41,514 nucleotides of DNA from a bacterium (GTDB lineage Bacteria; Sysuimicrobiota; Sysuimicrobiia; Sysuimicrobiales; Kaftiobacteriaceae). This document shows positions 1 through 8,492 of this stretch, one piece after another (positions within the stretch are counted from its first letter, which is position 1; every line of letters starts with the position of its first letter). The notes beneath the pieces were generated by a model. It did no database searches, was not told the DNA's origin, and was given only the letters and a program-made list of their open reading frames with translations. Position numbers and translations under genes: made by a program. The stretch spans positions 1 through 41,514 of the forward strand of contig DATLZI010000187.1 in assembly GCA_035574075.1 (NCBI GenBank), read 5' to 3'.

Positions 1-31
1 CGGAAGTGCGCGCGCAGCCGGCGCTGCGCGA

Positions 32-793
32 TCAGACGGCCCACAGCGGGCTGCCGGCGTTGGCCCGGACCGCCTCGATCCGCACCGCGCCGAGGCCCTC
101 CCGCTCCAGCGTCCAGCGCACGGTGTCGCGAGCGAGCGACGTGAGGTTGTTGATGTCGCTGAGGTGCAACAGGACGATCGTGCGCGCGCCGGCGGCGGCG
201 GCGTGAGCGGCGAGCCGCGCCGCGGCGTCGTTGCTGAGATGACCGGTCGGGCTGAGGATGCGGTTCTTGAGGAACCAGGGATAGGGGCTGACGCCCAGCA
301 GCGCGAGGTCGTAATTGGCCTCGACCAGCAGCACGTCGCAGCCCGCGGCGCGAGCGTAGACCTCGTCGGTGCCTTCGCCGAGATCGGTGACGACGCACAG
401 GCGAGTGCCGTTGCCAGCGAGGGCGAACCCGACGGGCGCCGCGGCGTCGTGCGGCACCGGGAACGCCTCGACCGCCAGGGCCCCGACGCGGAAGGGGCGG
501 CCGGCGGTGAACCCCTCCACCGGCGCGTCGGCGAGCAGCGGACCGGCGGCGCGATGCGTGCCCTCGTTGGCGTAGACGGGAATTTCCAGCGCCCGGGCGA
601 GGGCGGCGGCCCCGCGCGCGTGGTCATCGTGCTCGTGCGTCAGCAGGATGGCCTGGGGCCTGTGGCCCCCGGCGCCCAGTTCGCGGAGCAGAAGCTCAGC
701 CGACACCCCGGCGTCGATGAGCACGGCGCTGCCCCCGCTCTCCACCAGCACGGCGTTCCCGCCGCTGCCGCTATGCAGGACCCGGATCTTCAT
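32..793 (-). CDS. MBL-fold metallo-hydrolase (253 aa)
   Basis: Taken from the internal ATG (cat at 791-793) of track ORF 32..1237. Begins MKIRVLHSGSGGNAVL and carries the HxHxDH motif (LLTHEHDDH). The upstream 148 codons of the ORF are R/G/P-rich and overlap sppA. Confidence 0.85.
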   Translation of the reverse strand: MKIRVLHSGSGGNAVLVESGGSAVLIDAGVSAELLLRELGAGGHRPQAILLTHEHDDHARGAAALARALEIPVYANEGTHRAAGPLLADAPVEGFTAGRPFRVGALAVEAFPVPHDAAAPVGFALAGNGTRLCVVTDLGEGTDEVYARAAGCDVLLVEANYDLALLGVSPYPWFLKNRILSPTGHLSNDAAARLAAHAAAAGARTIVLLHLSDINNLTSLARDTVRWTLEREGLGAVRIEAVRANAGSPLWAV

Positions 794-882
794 GCGAGGC
801 GGATGGACATCGTCGGCGAACTGCGGCGCCCGCGGTGCACGCGCCGTCCGACGTAAGAAGTTAGGCGCACCGCGCGGACATC

Positions 883-2568
883 CTACCAAACGGCCAGCAG
901 CAGAGCCGGCTCGGCCAGCAGGCGAGCGGCCGCCTCGAGCGCGTCCATCCAGGAGCCCTCCGGCGAGCCCGGGATGCCGGCGGCGCGCGGGGGCCTGATC
1001 GTGACCACGCGCGTCGGTGCCTCCGCGGGGATGCCGGCCAGCGCCTTCGCCCTGCGCACGGCGGTGTCGAAGCTCCCCACCTCGTCGATCAGCCCGAGGG
1101 CCAGCGCCTCGCGCCCAGTGTAGACGCGGCCGCCGGCCATCCGCCGGACGGCCGAGGGATCCTTCCGCCGGCCCTCGACCACCCGGCCGATGAAGCGGGC
1201 GTAGACCTCCTCCATCCAGCCCTTCAGGATCTCCCACTCGCGCTCCGTGAAGTCCATGAAGGCGGAAAACATCGCCGCCGTCTCTCCACGCGAGACGATC
1301 TCGCGCCGCAGGCCGGCCCGCTCGAGTAGCCCGCGCAGGTTGAGCTTGCCCGCCACCACGCCGATGCTGCCGGTGATCGTCGTCGCGCCGGCGACGATGT
1401 GGTTGGCCCCGCAGGCCACGTAGTAGCCGCCCGAACCGGCCACGTTCCCCATCGCGACGACGACCGGTTTGCGCTCCCGCAGGCGCGCCACCTCGCGCCA
1501 GATCATCTCCGAGGCCACCGCCGATCCGCCGCCCGAGTCCACGTGGAACACCACCGCCCGCACCTCGCGCCGGCGCGCCGCGGCGCGGAGAGCGCGGACC
1601 ACCGTCTCGTGACCGGCGAGGTGCTGACCGAGCAACGGCACCGGCACCGGCAGGTCCCGGCTCTCCCCGGGGACGATCGCGCCGATGAGCTGCACGACTC
1701 CGATGGCATCAGGCCGCGACGGCATCCGGCGATACGGCACCTCGAGGCGGCTGCGGGCCAGCTCCCAGGGCAGGATCACCGCTGGATCCCCGGCCTCGCC
1801 CAGCAGGGCGGGCAGCTCGTCCTCGAACGCCAGCGCGTCGGCCAGGCGCCGGGCCTTCGCCTGCAGACCTCCCATGAGCCCGGCGTCGATGGCCGACCGC
1901 ACCAGCGCGGCGCTGATCCCCCTGGACCGGCCGATCGCCGCGACCATCTCCTCGTACTGACCATCCACCAGCTCCTGGACCATCCGCCGCTGCGGCTCGG
2001 TCATCGCCGGGTAGAGGAAGCGATGGGCGGCGGTCTTGTACTCCGCGATATGGTGGTAGGCGGGCGCGATCCCGAGGCGGTCGAGCGCCCGCCGCAGGAA
2101 GGTGACCTCGGCGCGGGGCCCGTGCAGCGCCAGCTCGGCCGCCTCGGGGAGGACGACCTGATCGGCGCTGCTCGCCAGGTAGTACGCCGCCAGATCGGCC
2201 GTCGTCAGGTAGGCGATCAGCCGCTTGCCGCGGGCCCGGAAGGCGTCGAGCGCGGCGCGCAGGCTCTCCAGCGCCGCCGTCCCGGCCCGCAGCTCACCCA
2301 CCTTCAGCACGACCCCTCGCACCCGGCGCTCCCCGGCCAGCCGGTCGAGCCGCTCCCGCCACTCTTCCAGGCTCTCCTGTGGAGCGGGCCCTAGTGACCG
2401 GGTTACCAGCCGGGCCAGCCGACCGCGCGGGGCCGGCCGGCGTTCGGGGAGGGAGCCTGCGGCGACGAGCACGACGTAGTCGGGGGCGGCGGCGAGACGG
2501 ACCAGCAGGTTCCGCACGGCGCGCGCGGCGTTGACGATCAGATCGGCCGTCAGCCGCAACAGCAACAT
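883..2568 (-). CDS. sppA: Signal peptide peptidase SppA, long two-domain (67K-type) S49 peptidase
   Basis: 561 aa with ATG at 2566-2568. Two S49-like halves; the second carries GNVAGSGGYYVACGANHIVAGATTITGSIGV, typical of the SppA serine site. Confidence 0.85.
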   Translation of the reverse strand: MLLLRLTADLIVNAARAVRNLLVRLAAAPDYVVLVAAGSLPERRPAPRGRLARLVTRSLGPAPQESLEEWRERLDRLAGERRVRGVVLKVGELRAGTAALESLRAALDAFRARGKRLIAYLTTADLAAYYLASSADQVVLPEAAELALHGPRAEVTFLRRALDRLGIAPAYHHIAEYKTAAHRFLYPAMTEPQRRMVQELVDGQYEEMVAAIGRSRGISAALVRSAIDAGLMGGLQAKARRLADALAFEDELPALLGEAGDPAVILPWELARSRLEVPYRRMPSRPDAIGVVQLIGAIVPGESRDLPVPVPLLGQHLAGHETVVRALRAAARRREVRAVVFHVDSGGGSAVASEMIWREVARLRERKPVVVAMGNVAGSGGYYVACGANHIVAGATTITGSIGVVAGKLNLRGLLERAGLRREIVSRGETAAMFSAFMDFTEREWEILKGWMEEVYARFIGRVVEGRRKDPSAVRRMAGGRVYTGREALALGLIDEVGSFDTAVRRAKALAGIPAEAPTRVVTIRPPRAAGIPGSPEGSWMDALEAAARLLAEPALLLAVW

Positions 2569-2578
2569 CCTGCACCTC

Positions 2579-2953
2579 TCAGTCGTAGCCCAGCTCGCGC
2601 AGACGCTCGTCGCCGATGCCGAAGTGGTGCGCGACCTCGTGCACGACGGTGCGCCGCACCTCCTCGGCGATCTGCGCTTCGCTCTCGCAGGCCGCCTCGA
2701 GGGGGCCCTTGAAGATCGTGATCTTATCCGGCAGGAGCGGGTCGGCCGTGACGCCGCGTTCGAGCAGCGAGGTCCCCTCGTACAGACCGAAGAGCCACTC
2801 GTCCGGCTCCAGGCCGAGCGCCTCGTACTGCTCGGACGTCGGCCAGTCTTCGATCACCACGTCCACGTTGCGCATCCGCTCGGCGATGAACGGCGGGATG
2901 GCGTCGAGCGCCTGCGCCACCAGCGCCGCGAACCGCCGGCGCGAGAGCTTCAT
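2579..2953 (-). CDS. Small zincin-like metallopeptidase family protein (DUF1025-type)
   Basis: 124 aa with an HExxH motif (VVHEVAHHFG). Lies 10 nt upstream of sppA on the same strand. Confidence 0.75.
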   Translation of the reverse strand: MKLSRRRFAALVAQALDAIPPFIAERMRNVDVVIEDWPTSEQYEALGLEPDEWLFGLYEGTSLLERGVTADPLLPDKITIFKGPLEAACESEAQIAEEVRRTVVHEVAHHFGIGDERLRELGYD

Positions 2954-3031
2954 CCAGCAGGGTATTCACAGATCCGACGGGCATCCCCTGCGGGAAATAG
3001 GCCGCCCGGCGGGCCTCGTTTATACGCAGTG

Positions 3032-3355
3032 ATGCGGATCGAGTTCCTCTACTGGGAGGAGTGTCCGTCGCACGAACAGGCGCTGGCCCGCCTCCGCGAG
3101 GTCCTCGCCGAAGAAGGCATCCGCGCGCCGATCGAGATCGTGCGCGTGGACACCGAGGAGGAAGCCCGGCGCCTGCGCTTTCCCGGCTCGCCGACGATCC
3201 GCGTCGACGGCACCGACATCGCGCCCCCGCCGGACCAGCCCACGGGGCTGAGCTGCCGTGTCTACCTCACCGAGGACGGCCGGGTGACGCCGCTGCCGAC
3301 GAAAGCGATGATCCGCCGCGCGCTGCGCACATTACGTGCTCGAGGAGGTGCCTGA
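3032..3355 (+). CDS. Thioredoxin-fold small protein with a single-Cys CPxH motif
   Basis: ATG at 3032 in frame with track ORF 2531..3355. Reads MRIEFLYWEECPSHEQAL...FPGSPTIRVDG, a glutaredoxin/thioredoxin-like pattern. The upstream part of the ORF is antisense to the peptidase gene. Confidence 0.65.
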   Translation: MRIEFLYWEECPSHEQALARLREVLAEEGIRAPIEIVRVDTEEEARRLRFPGSPTIRVDGTDIAPPPDQPTGLSCRVYLTEDGRVTPLPTKAMIRRALRTLRARGGA

Positions 3356-3897
3356 TGCCGCTGACCCTGGCCTCGCGCCTGATCCCCTTCGCCCTTCCCG
3401 ACACCGAGGGACGGCTCGTGCGATCCGAGGACTTCGCCGCGTACCCGGTCTTTGGCGTCATCTTCACCTGCAACCATTGTCCCTACGCCCAGGCCTGGGA
3501 GGATCGGCTGATCGCCATCCAGCGGGACTACGGCGCCGCGGGCGTGCGCTTCGTCCTGATCAACCCCAACGATCCGGCGAAGGTCCCCGCGGACAGCCCG
3601 GAGCAGATGCGCGAGCGCGCGCGGGCGAAGCGCTACCCATTTCCCTATCTCGTCGACTCCACGCAGGAGGTGGCGCGGGCCTACGGCGCCACCCGCACCC
3701 CGGAGATCTTCCTCTTCGACCGGGACCGCCTGCTGCGCTATCACGGCGCCCCCGACGACAACTACGAGGATCCGGCGGCGGTGCGCCATCACTACCTGCG
3801 CGACGCGCTGGACGCCCTTCTGGCCGGCCGCCCGCCCGCCGTCGCCGAGACGAAGCCGGTGGGCTGCACCATCAAGTGGCGAACCACGCCGTCCTGA
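3355..3897 (+). CDS. Thioredoxin/redoxin (AhpC-TSA-like) family protein with a CxxC motif
   Basis: ATG at 3355 with GAGGAGG 6 nt upstream. Its A is shared with the preceding TGA (3353-3355). Contains FTCNHCPYAQAW (CxxC). Confidence 0.8.
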   Translation: MPLTLASRLIPFALPDTEGRLVRSEDFAAYPVFGVIFTCNHCPYAQAWEDRLIAIQRDYGAAGVRFVLINPNDPAKVPADSPEQMRERARAKRYPFPYLVDSTQEVARAYGATRTPEIFLFDRDRLLRYHGAPDDNYEDPAAVRHHYLRDALDALLAGRPPAVAETKPVGCTIKWRTTPS

Positions 3898-3936
3898 CCG
3901 GCGACCGCCGGCCGGGCGCTGGGCGGCCGGGCTCCC

Positions 3937-5394
3937 CTACGTGTCGAAGTACAGGAAGAACTCCGCCGGATGCGGCCGCATCCGCACGAAGTCCACTTCC
4001 TTCTTCCGCTTGTAGGCGATCCAGGTCTCGATGAGATCCGGCGTGAAGACGTCCCCCTCCAGCAGGAAGGCATGGTCGGCCTCGAGGGCCGCCAGCGCGG
4101 CGTCCAGCGAGCCGGGAACCTGCCGCACCCGCGCCGCCTCGGCCTCCGACAGCTCGTACAGGTCGATGTCCATCGGATCGCCCGGATCGATCCGGCGGCG
4201 GATGCCGTCGAGCCCGGCCATCAGCATCGCGGCGAACGCGAGATAGGGGTTCGCGCTGGCGTCCGGCGGCCGGTACTCGATGCGCTTGCTGCGCGGGCTG
4301 GTCGAGTAGACCGGGATGCGCACCGCGGCGCTGCGGTTCCGCATCGAGTAGACGAGGTTCACCGGCGCCTCGTAGCCCGGCACCAGCCGGCGGTAGCTGT
4401 TGGTCGTCGGCGCGACGAGAGCCATCAACGCGTCGGAGTGCGCGAGCAGCCCGCCGATGTAGTAGCGCGCCGTCTCGCTGAGCTGCGCGTAGCCGTGCGC
4501 GTCGAAGAAGAGGTTCACCCCATCCTTCCACAGGCTCTGGTGACAGTGCATCCCCGAGCCGTTGTCGCCAAAGATCGGCTTGGGCATGAAGGTCGCCGTC
4601 TTGAAGTGCTCCCGGGCGTACATCTTCACCAGGTACTTGTACAGCTGCAGCCGGTCGCCCATCGCGGTGAGGGTGGAGAAGCGCAGGTCGATCTCACACT
4701 GTCCGGCGGAGGCCACCTCATGGTGGTGCACCTCCACGTCCACGCCGGCCTCGAGGAGCTTGAGGACCAGGCCGGAGCGGAAGTCCTGCAGGCTGTCCGC
4801 CGGCGGCACCGGGAAGTAGCCTTCCTTGTGCCGCGGCTTGTGGCCCAGGTTGGGCTTCTCGTCGCGGCCGGAGTTCCAGATCGCCTCGGCCGAGTCGACG
4901 CTGTAGAAGGCGCTGTGCTGGCTGAGGTCGTAGCGCACGTCGTCGAAGACGAAGAACTCCGCCTCCGGCCCCCAGTAGCTGGTCGTGGCGATCGCGGAGG
5001 CGGCGAGGTAGCGCTCCGCTTTCTGGGCGATGTAGCGGGGATCGCGGCTGTACCGCTGCCTTGTCACGGGGTCGTAGACATCGCAGGTCAGCAGCAGCGT
5101 GCGCACCCTGAGGAGCGGGTCGAGCGTGGCCGTGGCGGCGTCGGGGAGCAGGATCATGTCGGACTCGTTGATGTGCTGGAAGCCGCGGATGCTGCTGCCG
5201 TCGAAGCCCACCCCCTCGACGAACATGCTCTCGTCCAGCTCGCCGACGGGCACCGAAAAGTGCTGCCAGGTCCCCAGCAGGTCGGTGAACCGGAAGTCGA
5301 CGATCTGCACGTCCTGGGCGCGACAGAACTCGATGACCTGCGAGGGGTTGGCGATCGTGCGCTCGGAGATGTGGTTGCGAACCTCTTCTTTCAT
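3937..5394 (-). CDS. glnA: Type I glutamine synthetase
   Basis: 485 aa with FDGSSIRGF and the ATP-site signature KPIFGDNGSGMHCHQSLW. ATG at 5392-5394 is preceded by GGGAGGCGGAG. Confidence 0.95.
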   Translation of the reverse strand: MKEEVRNHISERTIANPSQVIEFCRAQDVQIVDFRFTDLLGTWQHFSVPVGELDESMFVEGVGFDGSSIRGFQHINESDMILLPDAATATLDPLLRVRTLLLTCDVYDPVTRQRYSRDPRYIAQKAERYLAASAIATTSYWGPEAEFFVFDDVRYDLSQHSAFYSVDSAEAIWNSGRDEKPNLGHKPRHKEGYFPVPPADSLQDFRSGLVLKLLEAGVDVEVHHHEVASAGQCEIDLRFSTLTAMGDRLQLYKYLVKMYAREHFKTATFMPKPIFGDNGSGMHCHQSLWKDGVNLFFDAHGYAQLSETARYYIGGLLAHSDALMALVAPTTNSYRRLVPGYEAPVNLVYSMRNRSAAVRIPVYSTSPRSKRIEYRPPDASANPYLAFAAMLMAGLDGIRRRIDPGDPMDIDLYELSEAEAARVRQVPGSLDAALAALEADHAFLLEGDVFTPDLIETWIAYKRKKEVDFVRMRPHPAEFFLYFDT

Positions 5395-5429
5395 CGACTC
5401 CGCCTCCCGGCCTATGGTCGAAATGCGAA

Positions 5430-5458
5430 ACGGCGCCCCCCCGGGTGGAGGGCGCCGT
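5430..5458 (-). promoter_or_regulatory. Strong GC hairpin in the glnA 5' region (attenuator, or terminator of the upstream gene)
   Basis: Arms ACGGCGCCC (5430-5438) and GGGCGCCGT (5450-5458) form a perfect 9-bp stem. On the minus strand it is followed by TTCGCATTTCG. It lies between the candidate promoter and the glnA ATG. Confidence 0.4.
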
Positions 5459-5488
5459 GGCCCGACCGTCTATGGAAAACTTGGCCAC

Positions 5489-5517
5489 ATGATAACAGGG
5501 GGCCGCGCTCCGGTCAA
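5489..5517 (-). promoter_or_regulatory. Candidate sigma-A-type promoter for glnA
   Basis: Minus strand reads TTGACC (5517-5512), a 17-nt spacer, then TATCAT (5494-5489). TG sits one base upstream of the -10 (extended -10). The -35 overlaps the stop codon of the DUF488 gene. Confidence 0.45.
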
Positions 5518-5879
5518 GCCCGGGCGCGGCGGTTGCGCAGCCGTTGCCGGAGGTAGTCGCGCAGGACGAGGGCGCTGTTCCGCTCGGGATCGCGGGCGCT
5601 GTAGAGCAGGGTGAGCGGGCGGCGGCCAGCCAGTTCGAGCAGCGGGCGCCAGGCGCCGCTGCGGTTGAGCTCCGCGATGTAGCGGCGCCTGAACGCCGCC
5701 CACTTCGCCGGCTCGTGGCCGTACCAGGCGCGCAGCGCCGGGCTGGGGGCCACCTCCTTCATCCAGCGGTCCAGGACCAACGTCGCCCGGCTCATCCCGC
5801 GCGGCCACAAGCGCTCGACGAGGACACGCGTACCGTCGTCGGGCGACGGCGCCTCGTAGACCCGCTTGATCCTGATCAC
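5514..5879 (-). CDS. DUF488 (YeaO-like) family protein
   Basis: Only the C-terminal 121 codons of track ORF 5514..8000 look real. GTG at 5877-5879 gives VIRIKRVYEAP...RLWPRG...WMKEVAPS..LR.W, the DUF488 pattern. An alternative GTG lies at 5889-5891. Confidence 0.75.
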   Translation of the reverse strand: MIRIKRVYEAPSPDDGTRVLVERLWPRGMSRATLVLDRWMKEVAPSPALRAWYGHEPAKWAAFRRRYIAELNRSGAWRPLLELAGRRPLTLLYSARDPERNSALVLRDYLRQRLRNRRARA

Positions 5880-6017
5880 CGGGCCGGCCACAGGATCTCC
5901 TCTGCCGTCAGGATACGGCCGCGGGGACCGCGCGGCAACGGCCGGGATGGAATCGCCACTGGCACGGACGGCGTTGTGCTGGGAGGATTGGGGAGAACGG
6001 CCGCAGGAGGGGGCGCC

Positions 6018-7193
6018 ATGCCGCACTACACGTACCTCATCGTCGGCGGGGGGATGGCCGGCGATGCCGCGGTGCGCGGCATCCGGGAGGTGGACGAACG
6101 GGGGAGCATCGGGATGCTCTGCGCGGATCGCCACCCGCCGTACAACCGGCCGCCGCTGAGCAAGGGGCTGTGGAAGGGGCAGCCGGAAGAGCAGATCTGG
6201 CGCCGGACCCACGAGCAGGGCTGCGAGGTGCACCTGAACCGCCGGGCCGTGGGCCTCGATCCCGCGGGCCGCACCGTCGCCGATGAGCGGGGCGAGACGT
6301 ATACCTACGAGCGGCTCCTCCTCGCCACGGGGGGCTCCCCCCGACGGCTGCCCTTTGGCGGCGAGCAGATCATCTACTTCCGCACCTACGACGACTACCG
6401 CCGCCTGCGCGAGCAGAGCGGTCCCGGCCGGCGGGCGGCGGTCCTCGGCGGGGGCTTCATCGGCTCGGAGATCGCGGCCGCCCTCGCCATGCAGGGCACG
6501 TCGGTGGTGATGCTCTTCCCCGAGGAAGGGATCGGGGCCCGCATCTTCCCGGCGTCGCTGAGCCGCTTCCTCAACGACTACTACCGCGAGCGGGGGGTGG
6601 ATGTTCGTCCCGGGACGACCGCCGCGGGGTTCGAGCCGAAGGGCCGCGGCGGCGTGCTGCACACCCAGGATGGGCAGCGGTTCGAGGTGGACGTCGTGGT
6701 CGCCGGCATCGGCATCACGCCGAGCACCGCGCTCGCCGAGGCTGGTGGGCTGCGCGTGGACAACGGCATCGTCGTCGACGAGCAGCTGCGCACGAGCCGG
6801 CCCGACATCTTCGCCGCGGGCGACGTGGCGAACTTCCCCAACCCCGTCCTGGGACGCCTGCGCGTGGAGCACGAAGACAACGCCAACACGATGGGCACCG
6901 CGGCGGGGCGGAACATGGCGGGCAAGGGCGAACCCTACCGCCACCTGCCGTTCTTCTACTCCGACCTGTTCGACCTGGGCTACGAGGCGGTGGGCGACCT
7001 CGACAGCCGCCTGCAGACGGTGGAGGACTGGAAGGTACCTTACCGTGAGGGGGTCGTCTACTACCTGCGCGACGGGCGGGTGCGCGCGGTGCTCCTGTGG
7101 AACGTCTGGGAGCAGGTGGACCACGCGCGGGCGCTGATCGCCTCGGCCGGCACGGTGACGCCGCAGGACCTGAAGGGACGCCTCCCCGCCTGA
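6018..7193 (+). CDS. FAD-dependent pyridine nucleotide-disulfide oxidoreductase (ferredoxin-reductase/AIF-like)
   Basis: ATG at 6018 with GGAGGGGG upstream. Two dinucleotide folds (LIVGGGMAGDAA and AVLGGGFIGSEIAA) plus AAGDVA. Confidence 0.9.
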   Translation: MPHYTYLIVGGGMAGDAAVRGIREVDERGSIGMLCADRHPPYNRPPLSKGLWKGQPEEQIWRRTHEQGCEVHLNRRAVGLDPAGRTVADERGETYTYERLLLATGGSPRRLPFGGEQIIYFRTYDDYRRLREQSGPGRRAAVLGGGFIGSEIAAALAMQGTSVVMLFPEEGIGARIFPASLSRFLNDYYRERGVDVRPGTTAAGFEPKGRGGVLHTQDGQRFEVDVVVAGIGITPSTALAEAGGLRVDNGIVVDEQLRTSRPDIFAAGDVANFPNPVLGRLRVEHEDNANTMGTAAGRNMAGKGEPYRHLPFFYSDLFDLGYEAVGDLDSRLQTVEDWKVPYREGVVYYLRDGRVRAVLLWNVWEQVDHARALIASAGTVTPQDLKGRLPA

Positions 7194-7196
7194 GCC

Positions 7197-8492
7197 GTGG
7201 CCCAGGCCTGGCTTCAGCCCGATCGACCGCGCCTGACCGCCTCGGGCCTCTTCATGGCCGCGGCGGTGCTGCTGTTCCCGCTCGTCGCGGCCTTCGTCGC
7301 CGCCGCGGCCCCCCGCCTGGCCGCGCTGCAGCACCGCACCGCGGTGGTGCTCGCCGCCAACCACCTCGTCACCGTGGGCTGGGGCACGCTGATCGCGCTC
7401 GGCGCGCTGCACCAGCTCCTTCCTGCCGCGGCGGGCGTCCGCCACGAGCCGGGACGCGTCGTGGCCGTCCAGTTTGTCGTGCATCTCATCGGCACAGCCC
7501 TCCTCGCCGCCGGCTTCTGGTGGGCGCAGCGGGTCGTCCTCATCGCCGGCGGCGCGGCTGTCGCGCTCAGCGTGCTGGCTAGCGCGGCCACCGCCGTCTG
7601 GGTGCTGCGGCGGCGCCGCCGCTTCGAGGAGCCGCTCTGGTTCGTCACCGGGGCTCTCGCCGGCCTGGTGCTCGTCGTGCTGTGGGGGCTCACGTTGGGC
7701 GTGAACCTGCGCTACGCCTTCTGGCCGGCGCTGCTGCATCCGATGGGGTTGATCGTCCACCTCAGCCTCGGCCTGGTGGGCTGGTTCGGCCTGCTCGTCA
7801 CCGGGGTCTCGTACTACCTGCTGCCGCGTTTTGCGACCCGGCGATCGCTGCAGGGATCGCATCCGCGATTGGTCTTCAGCCTCCTCGCGACGGCGGTCGT
7901 CGCGCTGCTCAGCGGCGCGTTCGCCGCGCCGCCGCTCGTCCGCGTCGGGCTGGCCCTGGCCGCGGCTGCCGGCGGCGTCTACGCCGCGGATGTCCGCCAT
8001 TTCATCGCCGCCTGGAACCGGAGGCGCGACATCACGCGCCTCTACTGGCAGCTGCTCCTCGCCGAGACCGTGGTGCTGAGCGCGGGCGCGTTGGCCTACG
8101 CCGCCGGCGTGCTGCCCGGCGCGGACGCGCGCTGGGCGGTCGCCGGCGTGACCCTGTTCCTGACCGGCTGGATGACAGGCGCGATCACCGGCCAGGCCTA
8201 CAAGGTCACCCCGTTCCTGATGTGGTACTACCGCTTCGCGCTGGGGATGCCAGCCTACGATGTGCCGCGCCTCGAGGCGCCGTACTGGCCGCGCGGCGCG
8301 CTGCCCGCGGCGGTGCTGACGATGGCCGGCGGCCCGCTGATCAGTCTGGGTGTCTTGCTCTCCGCGCCAGGCCTCGCCGCCGTGGGGGGCGGGGCCTACT
8401 TCGCCGGCGCCTGCGGGTTCTCGTACCTGCTCGGCTACTCGTGGCTGCCGCGGCTCTGGCGGCTCAGGGGAGGTCCCGCAGGAAGCCGGTGA
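7197..8492 (+). CDS. Polytopic (about 12 TM) histidine-rich membrane protein of unknown function
   Basis: GTG at 7197, 3 nt after the reductase stop. 431 aa and hydrophobic throughout. Intramembrane His residues and repeated H-x(n)-GW motifs (NHLVTVGWG, HLSLGLVGWFG) plus YYLLPRF. Confidence 0.7.
   Translation: MAQAWLQPDRPRLTASGLFMAAAVLLFPLVAAFVAAAAPRLAALQHRTAVVLAANHLVTVGWGTLIALGALHQLLPAAAGVRHEPGRVVAVQFVVHLIGTALLAAGFWWAQRVVLIAGGAAVALSVLASAATAVWVLRRRRRFEEPLWFVTGALAGLVLVVLWGLTLGVNLRYAFWPALLHPMGLIVHLSLGLVGWFGLLVTGVSYYLLPRFATRRSLQGSHPRLVFSLLATAVVALLSGAFAAPPLVRVGLALAAAAGGVYAADVRHFIAAWNRRRDITRLYWQLLLAETVVLSAGALAYAAGVLPGADARWAVAGVTLFLTGWMTGAITGQAYKVTPFLMWYYRFALGMPAYDVPRLEAPYWPRGALPAAVLTMAGGPLISLGVLLSAPGLAAVGGGAYFAGACGFSYLLGYSWLPRLWRLRGGPAGSR

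Noticed and set aside
3019-3034. TATA-like hexamer 6-8 nt before the ATG at 3032, suggesting a leaderless mRNA
   Set aside because: There is no acceptable -35 element at 16-18 nt and only 4/6 match in the -10, so it is not supportable from sequence alone.
3898-3936. GC palindrome (CCGGCG-AC-CGCCGG) between the convergent redoxin and glnA genes as a bidirectional terminator
   Set aside because: The loop is too small and there are no flanking T/A tracts. It is indistinguishable from background GC-rich self-complementarity.
5395-5488. Glutamine riboswitch or T-box in the glnA leader
   Set aside because: I cannot find the conserved glnA-RNA motif core or a specifier/T-box sequence. Only a simple hairpin is present.
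5880-8000. Upstream 700 codons of the 828-aa minus-strand ORF
   Set aside because: It is antisense to the FAD reductase and membrane-protein genes and is low-complexity. Only the last 121 codons (DUF488) have family-like sequence and a sensible start.
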